Notes under the pieces: model-generated
What the model saw: the letters and a program-made list of their open reading frames with translations, nothing else
The model's database searches: none
What the model was told of the DNA's origin: nothing
NCBI GenBank assembly: GCA_035289485.1
Contig: DATDXA010000003.1
Coordinates: 1 to 46,868 of the forward strand
DNA: 46,868 bases
Reading direction: 5' to 3'
Origin: an archaeon
Lineage (GTDB): Archaea; Iainarchaeota; Iainarchaeia; Iainarchaeales; Iainarchaeaceae
Translations under genes and position numbers: made by a program
Shown: positions 28,698 to 37,788 of the stretch, in pieces
Numbering within the stretch: the first letter of the stretch is position 1
Layout of the letters: the number at the start of each line of letters is the position of its first letter

Positions 28698-31103
28698 ATG
28701 GCCGCTAATAAGCTTTACGGGGCGCTCCTTGACTGCGATTATGAAATAGGGGAAAAGGGAGAGGCGCAGATTAAGATTTATTTGAGCACGGAAAAGGGAA
28801 TTGTAAAGTTAACGGACAGGGATTTCCGGCCCTTCTTTTATGTTATATGCAAAAACCCGCAAAGCGCCATTAAAGCGCTTGAGGAATATGATTTTGGGGA
28901 AAATGTAAAAGTTCTCAGGGCGCAGGAGGCGCAAATCCAAAACACCCAGAATGCGGTAAAGGTTTTTTTCAAAAATCCGCAGGACCTTGTGAAGGCGCGC
29001 GATAAAATTGAGGAAGTTGAAGGCATAATTGAAAAGCGCGAATTTGATATCCCTTTTGCAAGCCGCTATTTAATCGATAAGGACCTGCGCCCAATGACAG
29101 GAATTGAAATTTTGGAGGAAAATGGCGAGATAAAAGAGATGAAACATGCGGAAGTCGCGCATGATTTTCGCATCACGGCGCTCGACTTGGAAACTTATTC
29201 TCCGGGAAGATTTTCAGACCCAAAAAAAGACCCCATACTCATGTGCGTTCTTGCAGGGACGAATGGCTCTAAAGTTTACACGTGGAAAAATGCGGGGAAA
29301 GAAAATGCGGTTGTTCTTAAGGATGAGAAGGAGATGCTTGAACTCGTGCTCAAGGATTTGCGCGCATTCGCCCCGGATATTCTTGTCACTTACAACGGCG
29401 ATAGCTTTGATTTGCCATACATCAAGGAGAGGTGCGAGAGGCTTAAGGTGAAATGCGATTTTGGGCTCGGAGGAATAAATGTTCGAAAAAACGGGATGTA
29501 CAATGAGGCATCGCTTAAGGGAACGCAGCACCTTGATGCATACCAGCTCATAAAATTCATGGCGCGCATAAGCGCTGTGAGCCTTCTCAAATTTGACCTT
29601 GAAAATGTTTCAGAAAAGCTTTTCGGGATTCCAAAGGACAAGGTTGCCGCCTCGAAAATAAATGAGCTCTGGGACATTGGCGAACTTGATGCGGTGATAA
29701 AATATAACCGCGAAGATGGCGAAGTTACTCTGCGGCTTGCGCGCGAATTCCTCGCGTTGCAGCTGCAGCTGTGCTCAATGCTTCACTGGACCCTTTCAGA
29801 AACCTCGCGCTCGAGCTCATCACAGATGGTTGAGCAGCTTCTCATTGTGAAAAGCCAGCGGATTGGAAATATCATACCCAACAGGCCAAATGAGGGTGAA
29901 GTGAGCAGGCGCTCGCTGCAAACTTATGAGGGCGGGTTTGTAAAAGAGCCGCTTGCGGGCCTTCATGAAGACATTGCGGTGCTGGACTTCCGCTCCCTTC
30001 ACCCGTCGATTATGATTTCACATAACATCAGCCCGGATACTTTCAAGTGCGAGCACGAAGAGTGCAGGCACGGAAAAAATGTCTCGCCGGATAAAGACTG
30101 GTTTTGCGAAAAAAGGAAAGGATTTCTTACTGGAATTCTTGAAGAAATTCTTGCGGACCGCACGCAGCTAAAGAGGCGCGCAAAGCAGATGGATAAATCC
30201 AATCCTGAATATAAGATGCTCAATGCGCGCCAGCACGCGCTCAAAATACTTCTGAATTCACATTATGGGTACCTTGGGTACCCGCGCTCGCGATGGTATT
30301 CGCGAGAAGCCGCGCGCGCGATTACGGCATGGAGCAGGCACTATATCCAGGAAGTCTCGCACAAGGCCGAGTCGGATGGGTATGTTGTGCTCTACAACGA
30401 CACAGATTCGTGCTTTTTGAAAATTCCCAAAGGCAAAAACGCCGAGGATGTAAAGGCATTCATGCAGAAAACGAATTCGGAACTCCCTGAATCAATGGAG
30501 CTTGAACTTGACGGGGTGTACAAGCGCGGAATTTTTGTAACCAAAAAAGAAGGAGGAGCCGCGAAAAAGAAATATGCGCTCATAGATTACAGCGGAAACC
30601 TCAAGATTGTGGGCTTTGAGTATGTGCGCCGCGACTGGGCAATACTTGCAAAGGAAACGCAGAAAGGGGTAATAGAGGCCGTGCTAAAGGATGGTGATAC
30701 TGCCAAGGCAATTGCGATTGCAAAAGAAACCATCCGTAGGCTCAAGGAAGGGAAAGTGCCAAAGCGCGAACTCGTGATTATGAAGCAGCTCAAAAGAAAG
30801 CCGGATAATTATGATTCTCCAGGGCCGCAAGTTGCGGCTGCTCTGAAGGCCATGAAGCGCGGAAAAGACATTGATGTTGGGAGCATCATAAGTTATGTGA
30901 TAACTAAGGGAAAAAGCGGAACAAAGAAGATTTCGGAAAAAGCCGAATCCGAAGAATATGTGCAGGAGGGGGATTATGATGCGGATTACTATATCGAGCA
31001 CCAGATACTTCCCGCAGTGGCGCTCATAATGCAAGAGCTTGGGTATTCAAAAGAGGATTTGATGCATGGCGGGAAGCAGAAGACACTATTTGGGGCGTGG
31101 TGA
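28698..31103 (+). CDS. polB: Family B DNA polymerase (archaeal PolB)
   Basis: ExoI DLETY, ExoII YNGDSFDLPY, ExoIII YNRED, motif A DFRSLHPS, motif B KILLNSHYGY, motif C YNDTDS, KKKYAL, VRRDW and C-terminal PIP-box-like KQKTLF. Start is ATG 28692 or 28698. Confidence 0.97.
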   Translation: MAANKLYGALLDCDYEIGEKGEAQIKIYLSTEKGIVKLTDRDFRPFFYVICKNPQSAIKALEEYDFGENVKVLRAQEAQIQNTQNAVKVFFKNPQDLVKARDKIEEVEGIIEKREFDIPFASRYLIDKDLRPMTGIEILEENGEIKEMKHAEVAHDFRITALDLETYSPGRFSDPKKDPILMCVLAGTNGSKVYTWKNAGKENAVVLKDEKEMLELVLKDLRAFAPDILVTYNGDSFDLPYIKERCERLKVKCDFGLGGINVRKNGMYNEASLKGTQHLDAYQLIKFMARISAVSLLKFDLENVSEKLFGIPKDKVAASKINELWDIGELDAVIKYNREDGEVTLRLAREFLALQLQLCSMLHWTLSETSRSSSSQMVEQLLIVKSQRIGNIIPNRPNEGEVSRRSLQTYEGGFVKEPLAGLHEDIAVLDFRSLHPSIMISHNISPDTFKCEHEECRHGKNVSPDKDWFCEKRKGFLTGILEEILADRTQLKRRAKQMDKSNPEYKMLNARQHALKILLNSHYGYLGYPRSRWYSREAARAITAWSRHYIQEVSHKAESDGYVVLYNDTDSCFLKIPKGKNAEDVKAFMQKTNSELPESMELELDGVYKRGIFVTKKEGGAAKKKYALIDYSGNLKIVGFEYVRRDWAILAKETQKGVIEAVLKDGDTAKAIAIAKETIRRLKEGKVPKRELVIMKQLKRKPDNYDSPGPQVAAALKAMKRGKDIDVGSIISYVITKGKSGTKKISEKAESEEYVQEGDYDADYYIEHQILPAVALIMQELGYSKEDLMHGGKQKTLFGAW

Positions 31104-31128
31104 AATTCAGCACAGATTAGATTAGCAG

Positions 31129-31842
31129 TTAACAATATTTCATAATTAAATTGAACCACTTCCTGAACGAATCCGCAATATTTTTGTTTTCTATCAAAAA
31201 TGCCGCAGGGTATTTCTCTTCCCATGAGACAATTGCGACCTTATCGCCAAAAACCTGCACAACAGCCTTTGAATCAAAGCCTTTTGGAAGTGTTTTCCCG
31301 CTCACGAGCAAATCTTTTTTGCGGTTTTCCATTGCCTGCTCGGTGTCCCATAGGCACACCCACTTCATTTTTTTCTTGAGGCGCTCGCGCTCAAAACTCG
31401 GCAAATAATATTTCAATTCTGAGAAAATGTGCCCTTTCGCACCAAGAACAAGAACGTCCCCGCTCTCTTTTAGCATCAGAGAGTAAATGCTCTTGAGGCC
31501 CTCCTTGCCACGGTAAACCGAACCGGAAATTTCCTCTCTTTTTTGCCCCTGAAGTTTATTTAGTTCTGGAAGCAGCTCTTCAACAGTTTCCTTCTGCTCC
31601 TCGATATAATCCAAAAGTTTTTCTGGGGCAACTGCCTGGAAATATTTTTTGTAATCCTTAACCACAAATCCGGCAAGCCCTTTCCTTTGCAGAGATTCAA
31701 GGGCATCATAAACTCTTGAGCGGTGAAGCTCGGATTCTTTCACAAGTGCCTGCGCAGGGGCTGTTCCTAGACGGAGCAGGCAAGTGTAGACAATGGATTC
31801 GTTTCTTGTAAGGCCGATTTTTTCCAGCTTTTGAGTGTCCAT
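31129..31842 (-). CDS. TrmB-family transcriptional regulator
   Basis: N-terminal wHTH LEKIGLTRNESIVYTCLL..LHRSRVYDALESLQRKGL..FQAVAPEKL; C-terminal effector-type domain (VFGDKVAIVSW). Confidence 0.9.
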   Translation of the reverse strand: MDTQKLEKIGLTRNESIVYTCLLRLGTAPAQALVKESELHRSRVYDALESLQRKGLAGFVVKDYKKYFQAVAPEKLLDYIEEQKETVEELLPELNKLQGQKREEISGSVYRGKEGLKSIYSLMLKESGDVLVLGAKGHIFSELKYYLPSFERERLKKKMKWVCLWDTEQAMENRKKDLLVSGKTLPKGFDSKAVVQVFGDKVAIVSWEEKYPAAFLIENKNIADSFRKWFNLIMKYC

Positions 31843-31951
31843 ACATGCAAAGGCTTGCGAATGATTTAAGTGAATATGGTTCTCCTTTCAAGGAGGACAA
31901 GCAATTATTACGAAGCTGCGCGCCATTGTATACAAAACGGAAGGTGAATGA

Positions 31952-32383
31952 ATGGAAGCTAGCAGCCTGATAATTGAGCGCGGTATGAGTTACCCGATAA
32001 GTGGCAAAGTCCTTGAGCGGTACATGAGAACGGAAAAAACTACAAGGGAAAATGCCCGGGAACATGAAAGGGAAGTCAGAAGGTACATGATTTTAAGAGC
32101 GCTCTACCCAAGCGCGAGATTTCCCCTTGCAAATGGCCCGGTAGATGAGTTGTGGCATACTTTCCTGCTTTTTACAAAAGAGTATTCGGCCTTTTGCTCG
32201 GTGGTTGCGGACGGCTTTATCCACCACAACCCAGGGCCGGCAAGCCCGACACCGGAGCAGATTAAGGAAGCGAAAAAGGACTTTGCGGATTTTGTTGAAA
32301 AATATAATGCAGTTTTCCACGAGGCGCCACCCTCTGAACTCTGGCCTGCGATTGGAGAGCCGGGAGTTGTGTGGTCGTGCTAG
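31952..32383 (+). CDS. Glycine-rich-domain-protein-like (DUF1399-like) protein
   Basis: Motif VDELWHTFLLFTKEYSAFC..GFIHHNP typical of this family; SD AGGTGA upstream. Confidence 0.7.
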   Translation: MEASSLIIERGMSYPISGKVLERYMRTEKTTRENAREHEREVRRYMILRALYPSARFPLANGPVDELWHTFLLFTKEYSAFCSVVADGFIHHNPGPASPTPEQIKEAKKDFADFVEKYNAVFHEAPPSELWPAIGEPGVVWSC

Positions 32384-32481
32384 ATTAAAATAGACCGTGA
32401 CTTCAACATAACTAGTTTGGGTTTGCGCTTTGCCCACACTAATTTAAACCGTTCCAAATCCAATTCCTAAAGTGCATTTTA

Positions 32482-33378
32482 ATGGATAAGGAAAAAATCG
32501 CAAACTACAAAAAGGCAGGCGAAATAACCGCGGAAGTTCAGGAGCTTGCGGCAAAAAAGCTCAAAGTGGGCGCGAACCTTTTTGAATTCGCAGAGGAAAT
32601 TGAGGGCGCGATAAAAAAGAAGGGCGGATTTCCCGCGTTCCCGATAAATCTTTCACGAAACCATGTTGCGGCGCATTATACTCCGGCGTTTGAATCCAAA
32701 GACGAGGTAGCGCAGGAAGATGTGATAAAGGTTGATATTGGGGTTCATGTTGAGGGATTCATTGCTGATTCCGCGCGCACAATTGATTTTTCAGGGAAAC
32801 ACACAAAAATGGTGAAAGCCGCGCAAGCAGCACTTGAAAAAGCGGTTTCGCTTGTAAAAGAGGGTCTTGTGATTGGAGAAATGGGGCAGGCAGTTGAGGA
32901 TACAATTAAGGCCGCCGGTTTCAACCCCATACAAAACCTCTCAGGGCATGGAGTTGATGAGTATGATGCTCACACGGCGCCCACAATACCAAATGTGGGT
33001 TCGAAAGATTCGCGCGAACTTGAAAATGACATGGCGTTTGCAATAGAGCCTTTTGCCACGGATGGCAAAGGTTTTGTGCGCGAAGGAACGCAGGCCGAGA
33101 TTTTCCAGCTGCTTGATAAAAAGCCGGTGCGGAGCGCGGACGCGCGAAAAATCCTCGATTTTGTGGATGAGAATTATGACAAGCTCCCTTTCGCGGAGAG
33201 GTGGCTTCAGCGTGAGCTCAAATTGAGTGAATTCGGGCGCAAAGTCGCCATGAGAGAGCTCATGCAAAAGAAGTGCATAATGGCATTTCCCCTGCTAAAA
33301 GAAGAGGAAGGGAAAACCGTGACACAGGCGGAAACCACGCTTCTGTTAAATGAGGGCAAAGTTATCCGTCTGCTATAA
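32482..33378 (+). CDS. map: Methionine aminopeptidase type II
   Basis: AFPINLS..AAHYTP, KVDIGVHVEGFIADSART, NLSGHG, FAIEPFAT, LPFAERWL insertion, QAETT. Confidence 0.97.
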   Translation: MDKEKIANYKKAGEITAEVQELAAKKLKVGANLFEFAEEIEGAIKKKGGFPAFPINLSRNHVAAHYTPAFESKDEVAQEDVIKVDIGVHVEGFIADSARTIDFSGKHTKMVKAAQAALEKAVSLVKEGLVIGEMGQAVEDTIKAAGFNPIQNLSGHGVDEYDAHTAPTIPNVGSKDSRELENDMAFAIEPFATDGKGFVREGTQAEIFQLLDKKPVRSADARKILDFVDENYDKLPFAERWLQRELKLSEFGRKVAMRELMQKKCIMAFPLLKEEEGKTVTQAETTLLLNEGKVIRLL

Positions 33379-33405
33379 GGTGTTGTTGTAAAAAGGCAGA
33401 GCACC

Positions 33406-33426
33406 AATTCTGTAAATTACAGAATT
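33406..33426. promoter_or_regulatory. Perfect 10-1-10 inverted repeat (possible operator)
   Basis: AATTCTGTAA-A-TTACAGAATT, 20 nt upstream of a small ORF. Confidence 0.5.
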
Positions 33427-33446
33427 TATGCACAAGGGGTGATTGA

Positions 33447-33575
33447 ATGAAAATTGTGAAAATAAAGGGGAAACGCAAACCCGTTACAATGGCGGAATGG
33501 GATGACATAAAACACATAGTGAAAGCGGACATGAAAAAGTACAAGGAGTTCTATACTGAGCTTGCTGAATTATAG
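33447..33575 (+). CDS. Small 42-aa protein MKIVKIKGKRKPVTMAEWDDIKHIVKADMKKYKEFYTELAEL
   Basis: Not in the ORF track (under 60 aa); strong SD GGGGTGAT just upstream of the ATG. Confidence 0.5.
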   Translation: MKIVKIKGKRKPVTMAEWDDIKHIVKADMKKYKEFYTELAEL

Positions 33576-33841
33576 TGCACGTTAGATGCCCAGAATGAAA
33601 AATGTGGTCGACACACCCACCAAAAAACAGGGCTTTTCCCGCAACGGAGCAATGAAAATTAAGCCCCAAAAAGCGGCAAACCAACTCCTGTTATGCGTTA
33701 AAAAACTACATCACTAAAATTGGTTTGGGCAAAAAATAAGGAGGTTAAAACCTTGCCCCGTTTGCGCTGTGCAAAAATATCTACTCCGTTGGACAAGCCT
33801 AAATGGTACATATTTTATAAAGATTGCTTCTTTAATTAATA

Positions 33842-35077
33842 ATGCCAAGGCTGGTGCTCGACAAGGAAAACAGGAAACTGCTTTTCGCAGAATTGAAATT
33901 GGCTCATTCCGTGAAAACCTTTGAGGAATTAGGAAAACGCCTCGGCGTAGGGATTAGCACAATCAGAAAATGGCAATACGGAAACCTCACAATCCCAAAG
34001 GGGATTGTTCCTGAAAATATCATCAAAAAATTGACGGTTGTTGAAACGAAGGATGACAATTGGGGAGATAGGAAGGGCGGGGTTTTGGGGGCGAGGGCAC
34101 TGCTCAAAAAATACCCAAAAAAGGTGATTATGAAATGGAGGCAAAGGGGCGGAAGAAAATCGTGGAAAATCGCCCAAAAAAAACTCAAGAACATAAAGGA
34201 CAGCGACCCAGTGAAATTCGGCAGAATGCTAAGGGAGAAAAAAATTGCGAAAAGGCTTGCCCAAATGAAAGAGGGCGTTTTCAAGGAGAAAAAAATTTAT
34301 TTCAACCTTGACGGAATGGAGCCTAGCAGGAATGACATAAAAAGGGGGATAAAGTTCCCTAATGAACTTTCTCCCGAACTGGCGGAGGAAATGGGGATGC
34401 ACTTGGGTGACGGGACACTCTCAAAAAACAACCTTTACTATTCCATCAGGGGCGACATAAAGGAAAAGGAATATTACACCAGCCATGTCATACCGCTATA
34501 CAAAAGGCTCTACAATCTCGACCTTCGGCCTTTGGAAAGGCAGGGCCTTTGCGGAATTGAAATAAATTCAAAGGGGCTCTTTGAGTTCAAAAACAGGGTG
34601 TTAGGAATCCCTTATGGAAAAAAGGCGCACAGAATAACTGTGCCGGATTGCATAAAACAAAGCCAGAGCAGGGAGGTTTTCAGGTCGTTTATAAGGGGCG
34701 TTTACGATACAGACGGCTGTTATTACATGCCAAAAACAAAAAAGTACCCTCGCATACTCCTAAGCATAAGGTCCGAGGTATTCCTCTCGGAAATTAGCGA
34801 AATGCTGAAGCAATTGGGTTTTTTACCCTATACAGACATCAAAAGATGTGTTGTCTCCGTCAATGGCGCGGTAATGCTCAATAAATGGGCAAGGGAAATT
34901 GGGACAAGCAATGAAAAACACAGGAAAAGGATAAGCAAAATAATGTCGGCGCTTCCGTGGTCTAACCTGGATATGACTCCAGCCCGCGAAGCTGGCAATC
35001 TGGGTTCAAATCCCAGCGGGGGCGATATTTATATATTTAGAAATGCAAGTGGCCAATATGATAAAGATATTTTCTGA
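33842..35077 (+). CDS. Free-standing double-motif LAGLIDADG endonuclease-family protein with N-terminal HTH
   Basis: HTH FEELGKRLGVGISTIRKW; motifs LAEEMGMHLGDG and FIRGVYDTDG; TATA-like TTTTATAAA at 33813-33821; 3' end contains tRNA-Arg. Confidence 0.88.
   Translation: MPRLVLDKENRKLLFAELKLAHSVKTFEELGKRLGVGISTIRKWQYGNLTIPKGIVPENIIKKLTVVETKDDNWGDRKGGVLGARALLKKYPKKVIMKWRQRGGRKSWKIAQKKLKNIKDSDPVKFGRMLREKKIAKRLAQMKEGVFKEKKIYFNLDGMEPSRNDIKRGIKFPNELSPELAEEMGMHLGDGTLSKNNLYYSIRGDIKEKEYYTSHVIPLYKRLYNLDLRPLERQGLCGIEINSKGLFEFKNRVLGIPYGKKAHRITVPDCIKQSQSREVFRSFIRGVYDTDGCYYMPKTKKYPRILLSIRSEVFLSEISEMLKQLGFLPYTDIKRCVVSVNGAVMLNKWAREIGTSNEKHRKRISKIMSALPWSNLDMTPAREAGNLGSNPSGGDIYIFRNASGQYDKDIF
34951..35024 (+). 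tRNA. tRNA-Arg(GCG)
   Basis: Acceptor GCTTCCG/CGGGGGC, anticodon arm CCAGC-CCGCGAA-GCTGG, T arm CTGGG-TTCAAAT-CCCAG; no encoded CCA. Confidence 0.9.
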
Positions 35078-35750
35078 CGATATTGATGCCAAAAAAGTCC
35101 TTTTTATCTCGGGGGGAATTTTGTGGTCACTTGTGGCTTTCTTTTTTACGCTCAATAGTTATGGCGCGGGTAACTGGAGCGGTGTTTCTGAAAATCCGAT
35201 ACTTATTATAGGAATTGTAGTGTCATTCATTTTGATTTTCATTATCCTCGGCATTTGGGATGAAATTGCAGTCTCTTTGAGAAAAGTTTCGATTACTGAA
35301 GATGGGCGAGTTTCAATACCCGGAAAAGGAATTTTTTATCACGGCACATACGCTATTTTTTCAAAATTTATAAAATATTCCAAGAGAAATGGGTACTATT
35401 ACGAGGAGAATAACGGAAAGCGAAATAAAAACACCATATATTTCGATTTTACAAAAGACAATATTCTGGAAGCAAGACTCGCCAGAGAAAATGAGGTTAT
35501 GTCACCTCTCAATAAGCCATTATCTCAGAAGTATGCGGTCAATACTGAAAAGTCGGTCTTTGTAAAATTCAAAAATCCACTGCCCTATATTGGGCCAGGA
35601 AGTTTAGAAGGCATGGATAAAAATACGCTGGCTCAATTTCCAGATTTTGTCAAACAGATGCAAGAAAAAATTGTCCCTGAAAAGCCGATTGAGGCGGTGT
35701 TTGTTTCGGTAAAGGAACCACAAAAGCTTATCGAGGAACTTGGGGAATAA
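35058..35750 (+). CDS. Hypothetical membrane protein (2 N-terminal TM plus soluble domain)
   Basis: ORF 35043..35750, likely start at ATG 35058; two hydrophobic helices; AT-rich coding sequence. Confidence 0.75.
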   Translation: MIKIFSDDIDAKKVLFISGGILWSLVAFFFTLNSYGAGNWSGVSENPILIIGIVVSFILIFIILGIWDEIAVSLRKVSITEDGRVSIPGKGIFYHGTYAIFSKFIKYSKRNGYYYEENNGKRNKNTIYFDFTKDNILEARLARENEVMSPLNKPLSQKYAVNTEKSVFVKFKNPLPYIGPGSLEGMDKNTLAQFPDFVKQMQEKIVPEKPIEAVFVSVKEPQKLIEELGE

Positions 35751-35800
35751 CTTTAGACAGATTATTATACAACTTCACACATTGTAAAATCGGCGAAAGC

Positions 35801-36628
35801 GTGAAAAAAATAGCTTTGATTGTTTTGATTGCATTTACACTGCTTTTTGGATGCACCCAGAAAGCGCCACAGCAGGAAAATACTGCGAATGCAATGAAGG
35901 ATTGCGCCACTAATTTTGACTGCTTCATAGACTCTGCAGATAAGGGAAATTCGGCGAGTGTCACCAATTCGGTAACGGTCGATTTTTTTGGAATGAAGCA
36001 GACATCAACTAGCTATGCAGAAATAAGAAGTTGTAGTGACGGAGTTTGCTCATACTACACTAAGTTTATTGATGCGAGTGCAACGTTCCCGGAAGGGACG
36101 CCCCAAGAGGCAATTGATTCGAGCAATAAAGTGTACGCGGCAATAAAGGGCCTTGATGGCACATGTACCTTTAAACAAAGCGATTTGGTTTCAATGCTCA
36201 AAAGGTGGAAAGACGGGAATTTTTCTACTGCGGATTATGACGAGGGGGATTGCAAAGGTGACTTGTTTAAGGCGCAGGTTATAGATACAGGAAACAATGG
36301 AAATGGTGCCACGATAGATACTGAAAATGGAGACAACGCAGTTGCCGAAAGTTCTGGTAGTAGTTCCATAGGATCCTGTACAGATTCTGATGGCGGCAAG
36401 TCATACTTTATGCAAGGAACGACAACTGGAATTTGGGATTTCTACACGGGGGATTTAAGTGACCCTGCATTATCTTCAGCCCATACTGATTTGTGCCTTT
36501 ATAATTATGGTGAAGTGAATGGTAACCCAGCTGCAGTAGATGAGTATTATTGTAATTCGAGCGGGCGAAAATCGGAAGAAACTTACTTGTGCCCAAAAGG
36601 ATGTGTTGACGGCGCATGCATTAAGTAA
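35801..36628 (+). CDS. Cys-rich putative lipoprotein
   Basis: GTG start; lipobox-like signal MKKIALIVLIAFTLLFGC; C-terminal CTDSDGG...EYYC...CPKGCVDGAC module. Confidence 0.8.
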   Translation: MKKIALIVLIAFTLLFGCTQKAPQQENTANAMKDCATNFDCFIDSADKGNSASVTNSVTVDFFGMKQTSTSYAEIRSCSDGVCSYYTKFIDASATFPEGTPQEAIDSSNKVYAAIKGLDGTCTFKQSDLVSMLKRWKDGNFSTADYDEGDCKGDLFKAQVIDTGNNGNGATIDTENGDNAVAESSGSSSIGSCTDSDGGKSYFMQGTTTGIWDFYTGDLSDPALSSAHTDLCLYNYGEVNGNPAAVDEYYCNSSGRKSEETYLCPKGCVDGACIK

Positions 36629-36647
36629 CTATTGTAGAGGCGAAACA

Positions 36648-37124
36648 ATGTTTGGAATAGGTGCTGGCAAAATTGAATTGACCCTAGCCGCTACAAATTA
36701 TCAAGCAGGAGATACCATAAATGGAAACGCACGGCTTACAATTAATAGCCCTATCAAGGCACGCGGCGTTATCGCCACTTTTTGGGGCGAGAGGCAGTCG
36801 ACTTCGATTAGAGGCGGCAAATCTTCCAGCAGCAAACAGATTCTATTCAAGGTTGAAAAAATACTCGATGGCGAAAAGGAGTATCAGAAAACTTCGGAGC
36901 CGTTGAATTACGATTTTGCGCTGCAAATTCCGCCGAATGCGCTCCATAAAATTGATGCCGGAAACGACATGATGGGGCGGGCATTTGACGTGCTTCAGCA
37001 GTTTGCACAGGGAAACACGAGATTTTACGTGGAGGCAAAACTTGACGTGCCATTTGGGATTGATGTGTCAAAGAAAATTGAGGTATTTATTTCCCAAAAT
37101 GCCGTGCCGCAAGTAACACAGTAA
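36648..37124 (+). CDS. Arrestin-N/Spo0M-like beta-sandwich protein
   Basis: MFGIGAGKIELTL..YQAGDTING..YDFALQIP..YVEAKLDVP pattern; start at ATG 36648 inside ORF 36540..37124. Confidence 0.7.
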   Translation: MFGIGAGKIELTLAATNYQAGDTINGNARLTINSPIKARGVIATFWGERQSTSIRGGKSSSSKQILFKVEKILDGEKEYQKTSEPLNYDFALQIPPNALHKIDAGNDMMGRAFDVLQQFAQGNTRFYVEAKLDVPFGIDVSKKIEVFISQNAVPQVTQ

Positions 37125-37210
37125 ATTAGTGCATACGTCAATCAACGACTTTTTAAGGTTTTTGCAATTGGGTTTATTCAATAAAGCACATTAACTATTG
37201 AGGCAAGCGC

Positions 37211-37660
37211 ATGAAAGCAAGTTTTTTAATCAAGGCAAAGCAGCCAAACACTATAACCGAAAAAGGCGTGCGCGTATTTGTAATGGAAAGGCTGCTGAAC
37301 TCTTCTTTCGATAAGGGTTCCGTCGTAAACCTTGATGACAAAACGGTCCAAGTGCGGCTGGAGGGAGATGAAAAGGAGATAAGAAAATTCAAGGAACTTC
37401 TTGAAAAAGAAATCATTGCCAAATTTGGAAATCCGACAATTGTTTTTACCCAGATTCAAGAAACCACTGACAATGTGCCGGTACTTCTGAAATCAAGCCA
37501 GGCTTTGATGGTTGGGCAGCTGCAAAAAGGCATAGGCATCCAATTGGAAATACTCGGCACATTAAAGAATATGCCCCGAAATCACAACGACATTCTCCTT
37601 GCCCTGAAAGAATTGCCGCAAGAGATTGCAAGGGCGCTTAAGGAAAGCAAATCTGGTTGA
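37211..37660 (+). CDS. Acylphosphatase-fold protein with C-terminal helical extension
   Basis: KGVRVF..GSVVNLDDKTVQVRLEGDEKEIRKF resembles the acylphosphatase GFR..GWVxN..DG.V....EG pattern. Confidence 0.6.
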   Translation: MKASFLIKAKQPNTITEKGVRVFVMERLLNSSFDKGSVVNLDDKTVQVRLEGDEKEIRKFKELLEKEIIAKFGNPTIVFTQIQETTDNVPVLLKSSQALMVGQLQKGIGIQLEILGTLKNMPRNHNDILLALKELPQEIARALKESKSG

Positions 37661-37671
37661 ATGCTGAAAAT

Positions 37672-37788
37672 TGCAGGAGGGAGGATTCGAACCTCCGAAG
37701 GCACTAAGCCGTCAGGTCGCTTCAAAAGAAGCTATTCAAGCATTCTCTTGCCTAAGCCTGACACGTTTGACCGCTTCGCTACTCCTGC
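37672..37788 (-). tRNA. tRNA-Leu(TAG) with 33-nt intron at 37/38 (37718-37750)
   Basis: Minus strand: acceptor GCAGGAG/CTCCTGC, anticodon stem TCAGG/CCTGA with CTTAGG^A, long variable arm, T arm GGAGG-TTCGAAT-CCTCC. Confidence 0.9.

Noticed and set aside
33781-33806. CTCCGTTGGACAAGCCT loosely resembling the 5' end of tRNA-Arg, as a possible target duplication upstream of the LAGLIDADG gene
   Set aside because: Needs several gaps and mismatches over under 20 nt; not distinguishable from chance.
33842-35077. LAGLIDADG ORF as an intein or intron-encoded protein
   Set aside because: No intein splicing termini (N-terminal Cys/Ser, C-terminal HN) or host exons are visible, and the tRNA is contiguous, not split by the ORF.
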